Virus record (IMG/VR): IMGVR_UViG_3300022074_004529
Span: 1 to 60,485 of that record
DNA length: 60,485 nucleotides
Source of the DNA: a virus
Taxonomy: Duplodnaviria; Caudoviricetes
Direction: 5' to 3' (one strand)
Both the position numbers and the translations under genes were made by a program. Positions 47,454-55,771 of this stretch are shown piece by piece. The notes under the pieces were generated by a model, which saw only the letters and a list, made by a program, of their open reading frames with translations, was not told the origin of the DNA and made no database searches. How positions within the stretch are numbered: position 1 is the first letter of the stretch; each line of letters begins with the position of its first letter.

Positions 47454-48470
47454 TTACTTATCTTTTAAATGGGCCTGCTGTTGCTCGTATAAGTATAAGT
47501 CATTTGTTGTTTTAAAACATTTACCGCTCTTATCGCAAAACTGAAATTGTTTGTCTTGTGGTGTTTTATCTGATATCATGTCATCTATCCACCTGAACTC
47601 AATCTCTTTATTCAATAGTTCTGATTTACTTTTTGGTAATGGTATATCTACTTTAACTGTTGACTTTTCCCCCTCGAACTTCCATAAGCCCTCTTTTTGT
47701 CCTTCATAAATTAGTTCTATAATTGCACATTCAATAGCCGCTCTTACTGCATAGTTCACTGGTTCATTAACACTGTAACCTGTTTCACTCTCTATTGCTT
47801 TTGTGCCTAAGTCTAAAAACTTAAATATGTCCGCTCCGCTTCTTGTGCTTGCTATTGACTTTTCTGTTGCTATTGATAACAGAACTCTCCCTGTGCTTAC
47901 ACTTACCATACGAATCACTACTGTAACCGTATCAACTCTATACTCAGTCTGTGCGCCGACGCCTAAATATCTAGCACCTACACCACCTACTGCCGTGTTA
48001 GCGTCATAGCCTACAATACCTCCTTCAAGTATCAGCCCTGCAAAACGTAGTGGTTTAAGAGGAGTAGGACCGTTTGGTAATTCCTTCTCATAAACCTCTC
48101 TCGTATTGCGTATCAGCTGACGTTCCTTAATTAGGTTGTCCATGCCTACACGCTCTACCACTTCAAACCAGGAGCCTCCTCCAACCTCTTGCAGACCTTT
48201 GATAACCCAAACTTCTCCGCCCTGTGTAACGGCACTAGATAAACTAGCAACGTTCTGAGCTGGCTTACGCTGTCCCGTCTTATCTTGGAACCCGTAAACA
48301 GCAATGGTAATTTTGTTACCATCAAGTTTGGGAACATCTTCTAGACGCTCCGCAATCGGACTTACTTGTACTCGTGGTGTACTATCTGCTTCGCTATAAG
48401 TTTTTAAGCTCTGTTGCATTGTAGTACAACCTGCTAGTGCAAGTATTAGGACAATGGAAAGATATTTCAT
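47454..48470 (-). CDS. csgG: Curli secretion channel lipoprotein CsgG
   Basis: Lipobox LAGC; VYGFQDKTGQRKP, SAVTQG, WFEVVER, L..ERQLIR, EGGIVGYD, GARYLG, NEP. Confidence 0.93.
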   Translation of the reverse strand: MKYLSIVLILALAGCTTMQQSLKTYSEADSTPRVQVSPIAERLEDVPKLDGNKITIAVYGFQDKTGQRKPAQNVASLSSAVTQGGEVWVIKGLQEVGGGSWFEVVERVGMDNLIKERQLIRNTREVYEKELPNGPTPLKPLRFAGLILEGGIVGYDANTAVGGVGARYLGVGAQTEYRVDTVTVVIRMVSVSTGRVLLSIATEKSIASTRSGADIFKFLDLGTKAIESETGYSVNEPVNYAVRAAIECAIIELIYEGQKEGLWKFEGEKSTVKVDIPLPKSKSELLNKEIEFRWIDDMISDKTPQDKQFQFCDKSGKCFKTTNDLYLYEQQQAHLKDK

Positions 48471-48943
48471 TAAAAGAAAAACTCCCCAGAACCTGGTATT
48501 GTGATGGTTGTTGTTCCGCTGTCATCTACAACTGTGAGTGTTATCTCACCTGTTGTGGTGTCTTTAGTCCAACTAATAGTTGATCCCTCAATCTCTGTCG
48601 TACCGCTTGTAGGACAAGCATTGGTATTCGAACTAGTGCATTGAGTGAACATACTATCCACCATCTGCTTGGAGAGTGTTGCGTAAATCCTAGACTCAAC
48701 GTTTTTAATAAACTTGTTGAGTGTCGTATTTTCCATCTCACGTTCTAATCTGGCAATTTCGGAACGTTTTTGATCCTCTATTTCCTGTTTGCGTTGAAAC
48801 TGTAATTGTTCAACGCTTAGTACGTGATTACTGTAACCGTTGCCGTAGTGAAAAGCCGGTGATTTAAATGACCAGTTAAGCTCTCCTGCATGAGAACTTG
48901 TTATAGTCAGGGCAAGAACACCAACTAATAAATACTTTAACAT
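48470..48943 (-). CDS. csgF: Curli assembly protein CsgF
   Basis: Signal peptide, GEL.WSFKSPAF..GNG, C-terminal G.TTITIP; directly upstream of csgG. Confidence 0.8.
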   Translation of the reverse strand: MLKYLLVGVLALTITSSHAGELNWSFKSPAFHYGNGYSNHVLSVEQLQFQRKQEIEDQKRSEIARLEREMENTTLNKFIKNVESRIYATLSKQMVDSMFTQCTSSNTNACPTSGTTEIEGSTISWTKDTTTGEITLTVVDDSGTTTITIPGSGEFFF

Positions 48944-48958
48944 GTACCCCTCCGTAGG

Positions 48959-48966
48959 TATTTATG
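48959..48966 (-). promoter_or_regulatory. Late-like promoter CATAAATA of the curli operon
   Basis: 15 nt upstream of the csgF ATG, ahead of SD GGAGG. Confidence 0.5.
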
Positions 48967-48969
48967 TAT

Positions 48970-48991
48970 AGGTGTAAATATTTTTACACCT
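48970..48991. promoter_or_regulatory. Palindromic operator-like site AGGTGTAAA-N4-TTTACACCT (TGT-N10-ACA)
   Basis: Perfect 9-bp arms between divergent csgF and the HTH gene. Confidence 0.65.
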
Positions 48992-49011
48992 TTTAGTATA
49001 GAGTTAGGAAA

Positions 49012-49305
49012 ATGAACCAATATAAATCGGAACAAGACTTCATTTGGGATTCTTTAGATGAATTGTTTCCCAACACTACATCAGATATTTATCCGGAAAT
49101 CAATGAGAACCACACCTTGGACGCTGAACTTAAGGAAAAAGAATCGTTTATGATTATAGATGCACTGAACTTATGTGATTATAATCAGACACATACGGCT
49201 TCTGCACTAGGTATAGGCAGAACTAATTTAATTGCTAGGTGTAAACGTTTGGGAATTAGTTTGAAGAAGGACGAGTTGGAGGCTTCTCCGACATTTGAAA
49301 TCTAG
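49012..49305 (+). CDS. Stand-alone Fis/NtrC-type helix-turn-helix (HTH_8) regulator
   Basis: E...IIDAL....NQTHTASALGIGRTNLIARCKRLGI. Confidence 0.85.
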   Translation: MNQYKSEQDFIWDSLDELFPNTTSDIYPEINENHTLDAELKEKESFMIIDALNLCDYNQTHTASALGIGRTNLIARCKRLGISLKKDELEASPTFEI

Positions 49306-49495
49306 GCTTCTCTCGAAGTTCTAATTGCTGGCGGAAGCGAGCTATAACATCTGGATGGTTATCTGATTCAGAGATAAAAAGTTTGATGGCAACCCAGCCA
49401 TTACCTAAAAATATAAGATTGCCATTCTTGTATAATTTTGCACGACTGGAACTGTCCATCTCTAACATTAAGTTACTATGAATGTACTTAGTCAT
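49256..49495 (-). CDS. Hypothetical protein
   Basis: 79-aa ORF, tiles operon. Confidence 0.55.
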   Translation of the reverse strand: MTKYIHSNLMLEMDSSSRAKLYKNGNLIFLGNGWVAIKLFISESDNHPDVIARFRQQLELREKPRFQMSEKPPTRPSSN

Positions 49496-49712
49496 ACACT
49501 AACACCTTATCTAAATCTACAAATATTGGCTTACAATAAGCCGTGGCCTTATGCTCCTTAGGCACCATACTAATGGAGCCGTAGTTACCATACCTTTTCA
49601 CTACTCTATTTGCAAAGTATGTACATCTGTCTATTGACATGAAGTACATTGGTGGACCCTTAGTCTGGACATCGCCGAGCAAGAGCACCAGCATAAAAAC
49701 ATGCGTCATCAT
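49488..49712 (-). CDS. Small exported protein with two Cys
   Basis: Hydrophobic N-terminus; RCTYFA, AYCKP. Confidence 0.6.
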   Translation of the reverse strand: MMTHVFMLVLLLGDVQTKGPPMYFMSIDRCTYFANRVVKRYGNYGSISMVPKEHKATAYCKPIFVDLDKVLVYD

Positions 49713-50179
49713 CGAAGGCTGTACAAATAGATAAGGAAGCCAATAAAAACAACTATAACAAGAATTAGACCACTAATTGCTACTACTTCAATTACCTTTT
49801 GTCTACGTTCCTGTTGATCATAAATTGCTTGCTGACGTTTCTTACGAATGTCAGCTTCTGTCTTGACTAGCTCATCCCATGCACTAGGGCCTCTTGTTGC
49901 TACAATGATCTGCCTCAGCTGATCACGCATATCCTCCGCTTTTTTCTTTGCCATGAAGATCGTCATTGCTTCTTCCTCTACGGAACCAGCGTTAAAGAGC
50001 TTCTTGAATAGTGGTGGTTTTTTATTTAATTCTTCAGCTTTTTTGAGGTCAGAGACAGCACCCATCCAGCGACCCAAGTCGCCTGCCATGCTTTCTATAT
50101 CCCTGCCAACAGCAAAACCTTTTTTAATTGTGTTGAATGCGGCTGTCGCGCCAGCAATCGCTGTGATTGGATCAATCAT
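49709..50179 (-). CDS. Coiled-coil protein with C-terminal TM anchor
   Basis: MIDPITAIAGATAAF, SVEEEAM, C-terminal hydrophobic helix. Confidence 0.7.
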   Translation of the reverse strand: MIDPITAIAGATAAFNTIKKGFAVGRDIESMAGDLGRWMGAVSDLKKAEELNKKPPLFKKLFNAGSVEEEAMTIFMAKKKAEDMRDQLRQIIVATRGPSAWDELVKTEADIRKKRQQAIYDQQERRQKVIEVVAISGLILVIVVFIGFLIYLYSLR

Positions 50180-50185
50180 AAAAAA

Positions 50186-50223
50186 TCCCCCCGGATAATA
50201 CTATACGTATTTATTCGGGAGGA
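50186..50223 (-). terminator. Hairpin plus U-tract after tctA, containing late-like promoter AATAAATA (50208-50215) and the next gene's SD
   Basis: tcctcccgaataaatac-gtata-gtattatccgggggga-tttttt-atg. Confidence 0.6.
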
Positions 50224-50250
50224 CCTAATTAAATGTTTACATAAAACTAA

Positions 50251-51816
50251 TTATGCATAATCCATTGTGCGACTCTTGTTAAAGAAACCGTACAATAGAA
50301 GTAGTATACCAATTATAATAGCAATTGGTAGCATTGGGTGTTGTATAAACGTAGGATTATTAAGGATATAGTTTTGACTTAGTAAACTAAAGTCTCCACT
50401 CAGTGCCGCTGACACTGACTTTATATCATCATAAAAGAATACGTTAGACAACTGTAGATAACTGGCTTCAATACGTGGGAACAAGATGTAAGCCATCAGC
50501 AGAGCGGGTCTACTAAACTTACCATACTTACAACACATACCAATGGCTCCGAACACCACTAGCATGGTTAAGTCTTCCCATACACTTGAATAGAATCTAC
50601 TTGCAAGAACAGCCCAGATTGTTAATGCCAACATTGGGGGGATCCAATATATTGGGTTGATATAAACAATCTTACAACACCATCTTGCAAATACTAACAT
50701 TAATACACCAGCAAAGAATGTGCCAAACATATAGCCATAAAGTAAACTATTGATAAACTGCGTGTCATCCATAATGTATGGTGAACCAACTTCAAAGCCT
50801 ACGTAAAGCCATAAGGCCATTAAAAGTGCGAACACCTTTCCGCCTGGAATACCAAACATAATAGTAGGCAATAAGCCTCCCATCTTGCCAGCGTTGTTAG
50901 CGCCTTCAGGACCGATAACACCTTTGATGTTTCCGGTTCCAAACTTTACTTTTTCTTTTTTATTTAATGCTACTGTGGCACTATAACTTGTCCAGTCACC
51001 AATACCGCCACCAGTACCAGGAAGAATTCCTACAACAAAACCAATACACCCACCCATAAAGGCTAGGTACTTGTGTTTCCAGACAGCCATAATGCCGTCC
51101 CAAGTTTGTTTATTGTGTTCCTTACGTGAAATCTTAGCAACTTGGTACTTTGTTGTAAGAGCTTCATATAATTCAGGAAGGGCAAACAAACCTGCCGCCA
51201 CAATAACAACTGGTACACCATCTTCAAGGTATGCCCAGCCACCTGTGTTACGGACTTCTCCCATCATGCCATAGCCAATGGATCCAAAGAATAGACCAAC
51301 GCCTATAGCACATAAACTTCTAAATGTATTCTTAGTAGTCACAACTGATATTAGACAGAATGCTACTAGAATAAGTGCGGCCACCTCTGGCACACCTACA
51401 TATTCTGCTATTGTTCCGTACATAGGAATAATAGCCATACCTAAGGCACCAAATAATAAACCGTTAATCGTGCTTACTGTAATCGCAGAACTTAGAGCGT
51501 AACTTGCCTTACCCTGCTTTGCCAGTGGAAATCCATCCACCATTGTACTCGCCGCCCCTGATGCTCCTGGTATACCCAAGAGAACACTTGCAAAACTATC
51601 GCCAATAGTACATGATACCATTGTTGCTATTGAGAACATAACGAATAGATAATTACCACCAGTAAAATCAAAACTTTGTACAATTACAAAGAGCATAATG
51701 ATTGCTTTACCAGGACCTGCACTAGGAATTAACCCAATCAGTCCTCCGTAAAGAATGCCGGCAGTGAGCATTACTGCCCACTGCACGGCTACTGGATATT
51801 GAAGGATAAACTCCAT
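50251..51816 (-). CDS. tctA: Tripartite tricarboxylate transporter large permease
   Basis: Many TMs; SVLLGIPG, DGFPLAKQGKA, GILPG.GG, GPEGANNA, FGIPG. Confidence 0.9.
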   Translation of the reverse strand: MEFILQYPVAVQWAVMLTAGILYGGLIGLIPSAGPGKAIIMLFVIVQSFDFTGGNYLFVMFSIATMVSCTIGDSFASVLLGIPGASGAASTMVDGFPLAKQGKASYALSSAITVSTINGLLFGALGMAIIPMYGTIAEYVGVPEVAALILVAFCLISVVTTKNTFRSLCAIGVGLFFGSIGYGMMGEVRNTGGWAYLEDGVPVVIVAAGLFALPELYEALTTKYQVAKISRKEHNKQTWDGIMAVWKHKYLAFMGGCIGFVVGILPGTGGGIGDWTSYSATVALNKKEKVKFGTGNIKGVIGPEGANNAGKMGGLLPTIMFGIPGGKVFALLMALWLYVGFEVGSPYIMDDTQFINSLLYGYMFGTFFAGVLMLVFARWCCKIVYINPIYWIPPMLALTIWAVLASRFYSSVWEDLTMLVVFGAIGMCCKYGKFSRPALLMAYILFPRIEASYLQLSNVFFYDDIKSVSAALSGDFSLLSQNYILNNPTFIQHPMLPIAIIIGILLLLYGFFNKSRTMDYA

Positions 51817-51817
51817 T

Positions 51818-52918
51818 TTAGTTTAGAAGTTCTTCCTTAACGAAAGCATCTTGGTACTTAAACACGTCGTTTGCAAGTACAACTAATGTTTCAAGATTCT
51901 CTCTGGTGATTAGCGAGAACAAGTAGTCACTGTGTGCAACAACTTCATCGCCAGACAACCAAGGGAAAGCGCCTAGTTTCTTATCTAAACGTGCCATTGC
52001 TTCTGGATCTGCAATCATTTCCGCAACTGCGGCGTTTACATCATCTTTAAGTGGTGAGTTAGGAGCAATCCAAATTGTCTTTTGGAAACCGTCTCTGTAA
52101 CCTTGGAATGTTACATATGCTTCATAAACTGGACCGCTAGGTGCTACACCCCATTCAGCTTCATATACTTCTGGGAAAGACTGTGCGCCTTTTGGTGCGT
52201 TTGGATCACCGTAAACAGAACCTTTACCGTCTACAATACCGTGTGCAAACCATACACGACTTTGTCCTGACTCATACTCTTTAGCATAGCCCATCAAAGA
52301 AGTCTGTGGAGTGTCACGTGTTGCGTCTAACTGTCCTCTACGGAATGCTTGACGCTTTTCACCGCCAGAGTTAAATCCTGGGATAAAACGTAGACGTTCG
52401 TTTGTACATTCTAGGAATGTTTCAACTGAAGCATTTGCTTCTGGACCACAAATCATTAGTCCTACTGAAACGATATCAGCCGCAAAGCCTGTACCGCCTG
52501 TTGCTGGAAACTTAACTACGTCATTTCTCCAGTCAACGTCTGAGTTAATAGAAACCCAAATGTTAGTGTTCATCACAACTACTGGATCGTAGTTACGATA
52601 ATCAAAACCACCTACATCTTCTAGTAGGAAGCCTTCGCCGTTACCGCCGTGGGCAATCATAAGTGTGTTTGGACGATCCATATACGAACCTGCCCAATCT
52701 TTAAGAGACTTTTTGCCTCTCTGTCCTGGTAGGTAACGTGGTACAATGTTATGTCCGTACTTTTCGAGCTTTGCATTAAGCTCTTTCATTACGTTGTCAC
52801 CCCAAAATGCCGTACCGCCTTTACCAGGGCCGTTTGGGAACTGAAGTGTCAAAGTTTCTGCTACTGCTGAAGTAGCCATCATAGTCGCGAGTGCGACTGT
52901 TGCTAAAATCTTTTTCAT
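51818..52918 (-). CDS. tctC: Divergent TctC/Bug-like periplasmic substrate-binding protein
   Basis: Signal peptide (AVA-ET), P..PG.GGT, PG..G, AFRRGQLD; adjacent to tctA. Confidence 0.7.
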   Translation of the reverse strand: MKKILATVALATMMATSAVAETLTLQFPNGPGKGGTAFWGDNVMKELNAKLEKYGHNIVPRYLPGQRGKKSLKDWAGSYMDRPNTLMIAHGGNGEGFLLEDVGGFDYRNYDPVVVMNTNIWVSINSDVDWRNDVVKFPATGGTGFAADIVSVGLMICGPEANASVETFLECTNERLRFIPGFNSGGEKRQAFRRGQLDATRDTPQTSLMGYAKEYESGQSRVWFAHGIVDGKGSVYGDPNAPKGAQSFPEVYEAEWGVAPSGPVYEAYVTFQGYRDGFQKTIWIAPNSPLKDDVNAAVAEMIADPEAMARLDKKLGAFPWLSGDEVVAHSDYLFSLITRENLETLVVLANDVFKYQDAFVKEELLN

Positions 52919-52950
52919 AGTTTTCCTCTTTTGATTTAGATTGTGTTTGT

Positions 52951-53054
52951 TCGCAGACGGTTATTCCGTTGCGATTCTATGTGACATGAACTTGTGCCTA
53001 TCGGCGGTTAGTTATTCACGATATTGTTTGGAGAATACGAGAACATTCGTTCTC
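52951..53054 (-). promoter_or_regulatory. Structured 5' leader of tctC-tctA (three stem-loops), candidate cis-regulatory RNA
   Basis: Stems at 53039-53054, 52985-53020 and 52951-52974 in a 150-nt intergenic gap. Confidence 0.45.
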
Positions 53055-53068
53055 TGTTTTGTATAGTT

Positions 53069-53725
53069 TTATTTATCTTTTCTTAGGACAAAATATACAC
53101 GGTTTGCGTCATTACGCATATTTACAACAGAACACCCAACCTCTTGGGCACTATTGAAAATAAATTCAGGAGTCCATTCAAAAAACTCAATCCATTTTGC
53201 TTCAACAGGATCATGTTGAATACCTGGATTAACTCTAAAGAACAATAGTCCTCCTGGTTCAGTGACGTCTACACATTTCTGTAGCTCACTAAAAACTTTC
53301 TCAATATTACCAAAATTAATACTACCAAAACAAATAAGAACATCATGCGTACCTTGTGGTACATATTCCATAATACCTATTTGTTCATCTGCTTTTGAAT
53401 TGTATAAATCAATACCATACAGATTATTAATTTTGCCTTTAAATTCATTATAACCGCATCCTACATCAAGGACGCTACGTGGAAGCATATTATTAATCTC
53501 ATCAACTATTGCTAGTCCACTATATTTGTATTTCTTATTCTTAGGATGCCACACTTTAGTAAAGTATTTTTCATTAACTGCATTATCAATCTCATCTACA
53601 GTTGGTTTAGTTACGCTTACATCAAAGCGTACATTAATCATCTCTAATAGTGCCTGCTCATTGCTCATAAGTCCAGGGCAGTCACGTTTAATCCTCTGCA
53701 ACTCGTTATAAATTTTAATGTTCAT
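53069..53725 (-). CDS. Class I SAM-dependent methyltransferase; start revised to MNIKIY
   Basis: VLDVGCG, GID, CFGSINFG, FFRVNPG; paralogue of 1222..1935. Confidence 0.8.
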   Translation of the reverse strand: MNIKIYNELQRIKRDCPGLMSNEQALLEMINVRFDVSVTKPTVDEIDNAVNEKYFTKVWHPKNKKYKYSGLAIVDEINNMLPRSVLDVGCGYNEFKGKINNLYGIDLYNSKADEQIGIMEYVPQGTHDVLICFGSINFGNIEKVFSELQKCVDVTEPGGLLFFRVNPGIQHDPVEAKWIEFFEWTPEFIFNSAQEVGCSVVNMRNDANRVYFVLRKDK

Positions 53726-53732
53726 TAGTTTC

Positions 53733-54164
53733 CTAAAATTTTGCGAGGCGGTTATTGTGTCTCCCACCTTCATATTGTGTGTTAAAGAAATCAACAACAA
53801 TACGTTCTATTTCATTGTCTGTTGTTGTTCTAGCGCCTATACAGAGTATATTAGCATCATTATGTTGTCTTGTCAATACCGAATGTGAACTATCCGTACA
53901 TACTGCGGCCCTTACACCTTCATGCCGATTAGCAACCATACTCATGCCAATGCCTGTTCCGCAAATTAATACTCCGAAGTGAGCTCTACCCATTGCTACA
54001 TCACGTGCTACTTCATGTGCAATGTCTGGGTAATCTACTGAATATGTATCATCAACACCATAATCTGTAACTACATATCCAAACTGTTCTTCTAGGATCC
54101 TCCGTAGCATACGCTTTACTTCAGGTCCTGCGTGGTCGTTGCCTATCGCAACTATTCTAGTCAT
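53733..54164 (-). CDS. rpiB: Ribose 5-phosphate isomerase B
   Basis: GNDHAG, SVDYPD, ICGTGIGMS, HNDAN, YEGGRH. Confidence 0.95.
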   Translation of the reverse strand: MTRIVAIGNDHAGPEVKRMLRRILEEQFGYVVTDYGVDDTYSVDYPDIAHEVARDVAMGRAHFGVLICGTGIGMSMVANRHEGVRAAVCTDSSHSVLTRQHNDANILCIGARTTTDNEIERIVVDFFNTQYEGGRHNNRLAKF

Positions 54165-54261
54165 AGATGAATGGATCCTCCGCTTTCATCTTTTTAATCT
54201 TCTCTTTTATTTTACGTTTGTATCGCCAATTGGCAATAAGTGTTTTAATCCATTTAATCAT
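54157..54261 (-). CDS. 34-aa basic peptide ending DPFIYD, coupled to the carbamoyltransferase
   Basis: Manual: MIKWIKTLIANWRYKRKIKEKIKKMKAEDPFIYD; overlaps both neighbours by 8 nt. Confidence 0.65.
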   Translation of the reverse strand: MIKWIKTLIANWRYKRKIKEKIKKMKAEDPFIYD

Positions 54262-55771
54262 GTGTACAAACCTTTATATTGTAAGTGTTCTGCCATTCCT
54301 CAGCATCTGCAACTGTATCTACCATTGGCTTCCCTTTGATATTTAGCGATGTATTCAATAGCATTGGACAGCCAGTATCTGCATACCATTTAGCCAGTAA
54401 CTTATAGAGTTCTGGATGCTGTTTTTCATTAACAGTCTGTACTCTGCTTGTATTATCTAAATGCACAATAGCAGGAAATAAATCAGGACGTTTGCATGTG
54501 CTTACAAACTGCATATAAGGTCCAGTAGGTCCGTCAAAGTATTCATTGGCAAACTCCTCCATGATAACTGGAGCAAATGGGCGGAATTCCTGTCTACGCT
54601 TCACAGCGTTGACTCTGTCCTTTACATCGCCACCTCTTGGATCTGCTAACAGGCTACGGTTACCTAATGCCCGTGGTCCGAACTCCGCCCTGCCATTGGC
54701 TACGCCTGCTATGCCTGATTCTTTTAGTTCTTTAATTAAATTGTTGACTGGATATTTTCCTTCAATGTTATGTCCTAAGTAAGGTCCAGTCCATTCTATA
54801 AACTTGCCACGTTTTGCAAGTATAGCACCCAAACTATTACCAGCATCACCTGGGTTAGGAACAATCCATACATTGCCATCATAATATTTGTGTGCAATAC
54901 TATTGGCCACACAATTTAATGCACAGCCTCCACCCAGGACAATATTCCTACTGCCGACCAGCGTTAGTGTTTGTTGTATTAAATGTTCAAACACCATTTC
55001 ATATACCGCCTGCGTTCCTGCCGCAATGTCTGCTATATCCTGTACAGTATTAAGTTCAGGACGCCACCAACGACATCCTCTGTGCAAATTATGTTTGAAT
55101 CTAATGTATGGATCGTGTCTGGTTAACTCCTCAAAGAAGTCTTCATAAATTATTTGCTTATATTTTTCTGGATCACCACAAGCCGCCATACCCATAAGGA
55201 TATATTCATCTTCATTAGGCTTCAGTCCTATACGCTGTGTCATAGCACTATACCAGATGCCTAGGCTATGTGGATAACGCTGACTATGCACTCGCTTCAT
55301 CTTTGTGCCTTCAGCTTTCCAGATAGTTAGTGTTTCCCATTCGCCAATTGAATCCACAATAAGTATAGCCGCATCTGTATAAGGACTTGTGTAATATCCT
55401 GCGGCCGCATGTGCATGGTGGTGTTTTACTTTTGTGATACTTGTATGTTGTAACCTATGATCAACACCATCTTCTGCATAATCTGTAAATCCACAATGCA
55501 ATAAGATATTGCTAGGTGCTTGTTTGAATATTGCTGTCTTGTATTGTCCAGCCCACAACTGTCTAGTACGCTTTAGAAGATTATCCTCATACCAGATAAC
55601 CTGTTTAGGTTTACCAAACGCCATTGCTTCTTCAACAATAGTTTCATTTAAATTAGCATCGTTCTTTATGCCACTGCTACGTTCAGCATGAGCCGCATAA
55701 ACAATAGTGTCGTCTTTTACAACTGCTACGCTTGCATCATGTGAGCCAGCACATATACCCCAACTAATCAT
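54254..55771 (-). CDS. Carbamoyltransferase (NodU/CmcH/TobZ family); start revised to MISWGI
   Basis: SHDAS, HHHAHAA, EYILMGMA, GGCALN, PGDAG, EFGPRALGNRS, FRPFAP, LLNTSLN. Confidence 0.93.
   Translation of the reverse strand: MISWGICAGSHDASVAVVKDDTIVYAAHAERSSGIKNDANLNETIVEEAMAFGKPKQVIWYEDNLLKRTRQLWAGQYKTAIFKQAPSNILLHCGFTDYAEDGVDHRLQHTSITKVKHHHAHAAAGYYTSPYTDAAILIVDSIGEWETLTIWKAEGTKMKRVHSQRYPHSLGIWYSAMTQRIGLKPNEDEYILMGMAACGDPEKYKQIIYEDFFEELTRHDPYIRFKHNLHRGCRWWRPELNTVQDIADIAAGTQAVYEMVFEHLIQQTLTLVGSRNIVLGGGCALNCVANSIAHKYYDGNVWIVPNPGDAGNSLGAILAKRGKFIEWTGPYLGHNIEGKYPVNNLIKELKESGIAGVANGRAEFGPRALGNRSLLADPRGGDVKDRVNAVKRRQEFRPFAPVIMEEFANEYFDGPTGPYMQFVSTCKRPDLFPAIVHLDNTSRVQTVNEKQHPELYKLLAKWYADTGCPMLLNTSLNIKGKPMVDTVADAEEWQNTYNIKVCTHD

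Noticed and set aside
52919-53068. tRNA or SAM-II/SAM-V riboswitch in the tctC leader
   Set aside because: No cloverleaf or T-loop; only a short TAACCG resemblance, and the pseudoknot pairing could not be established
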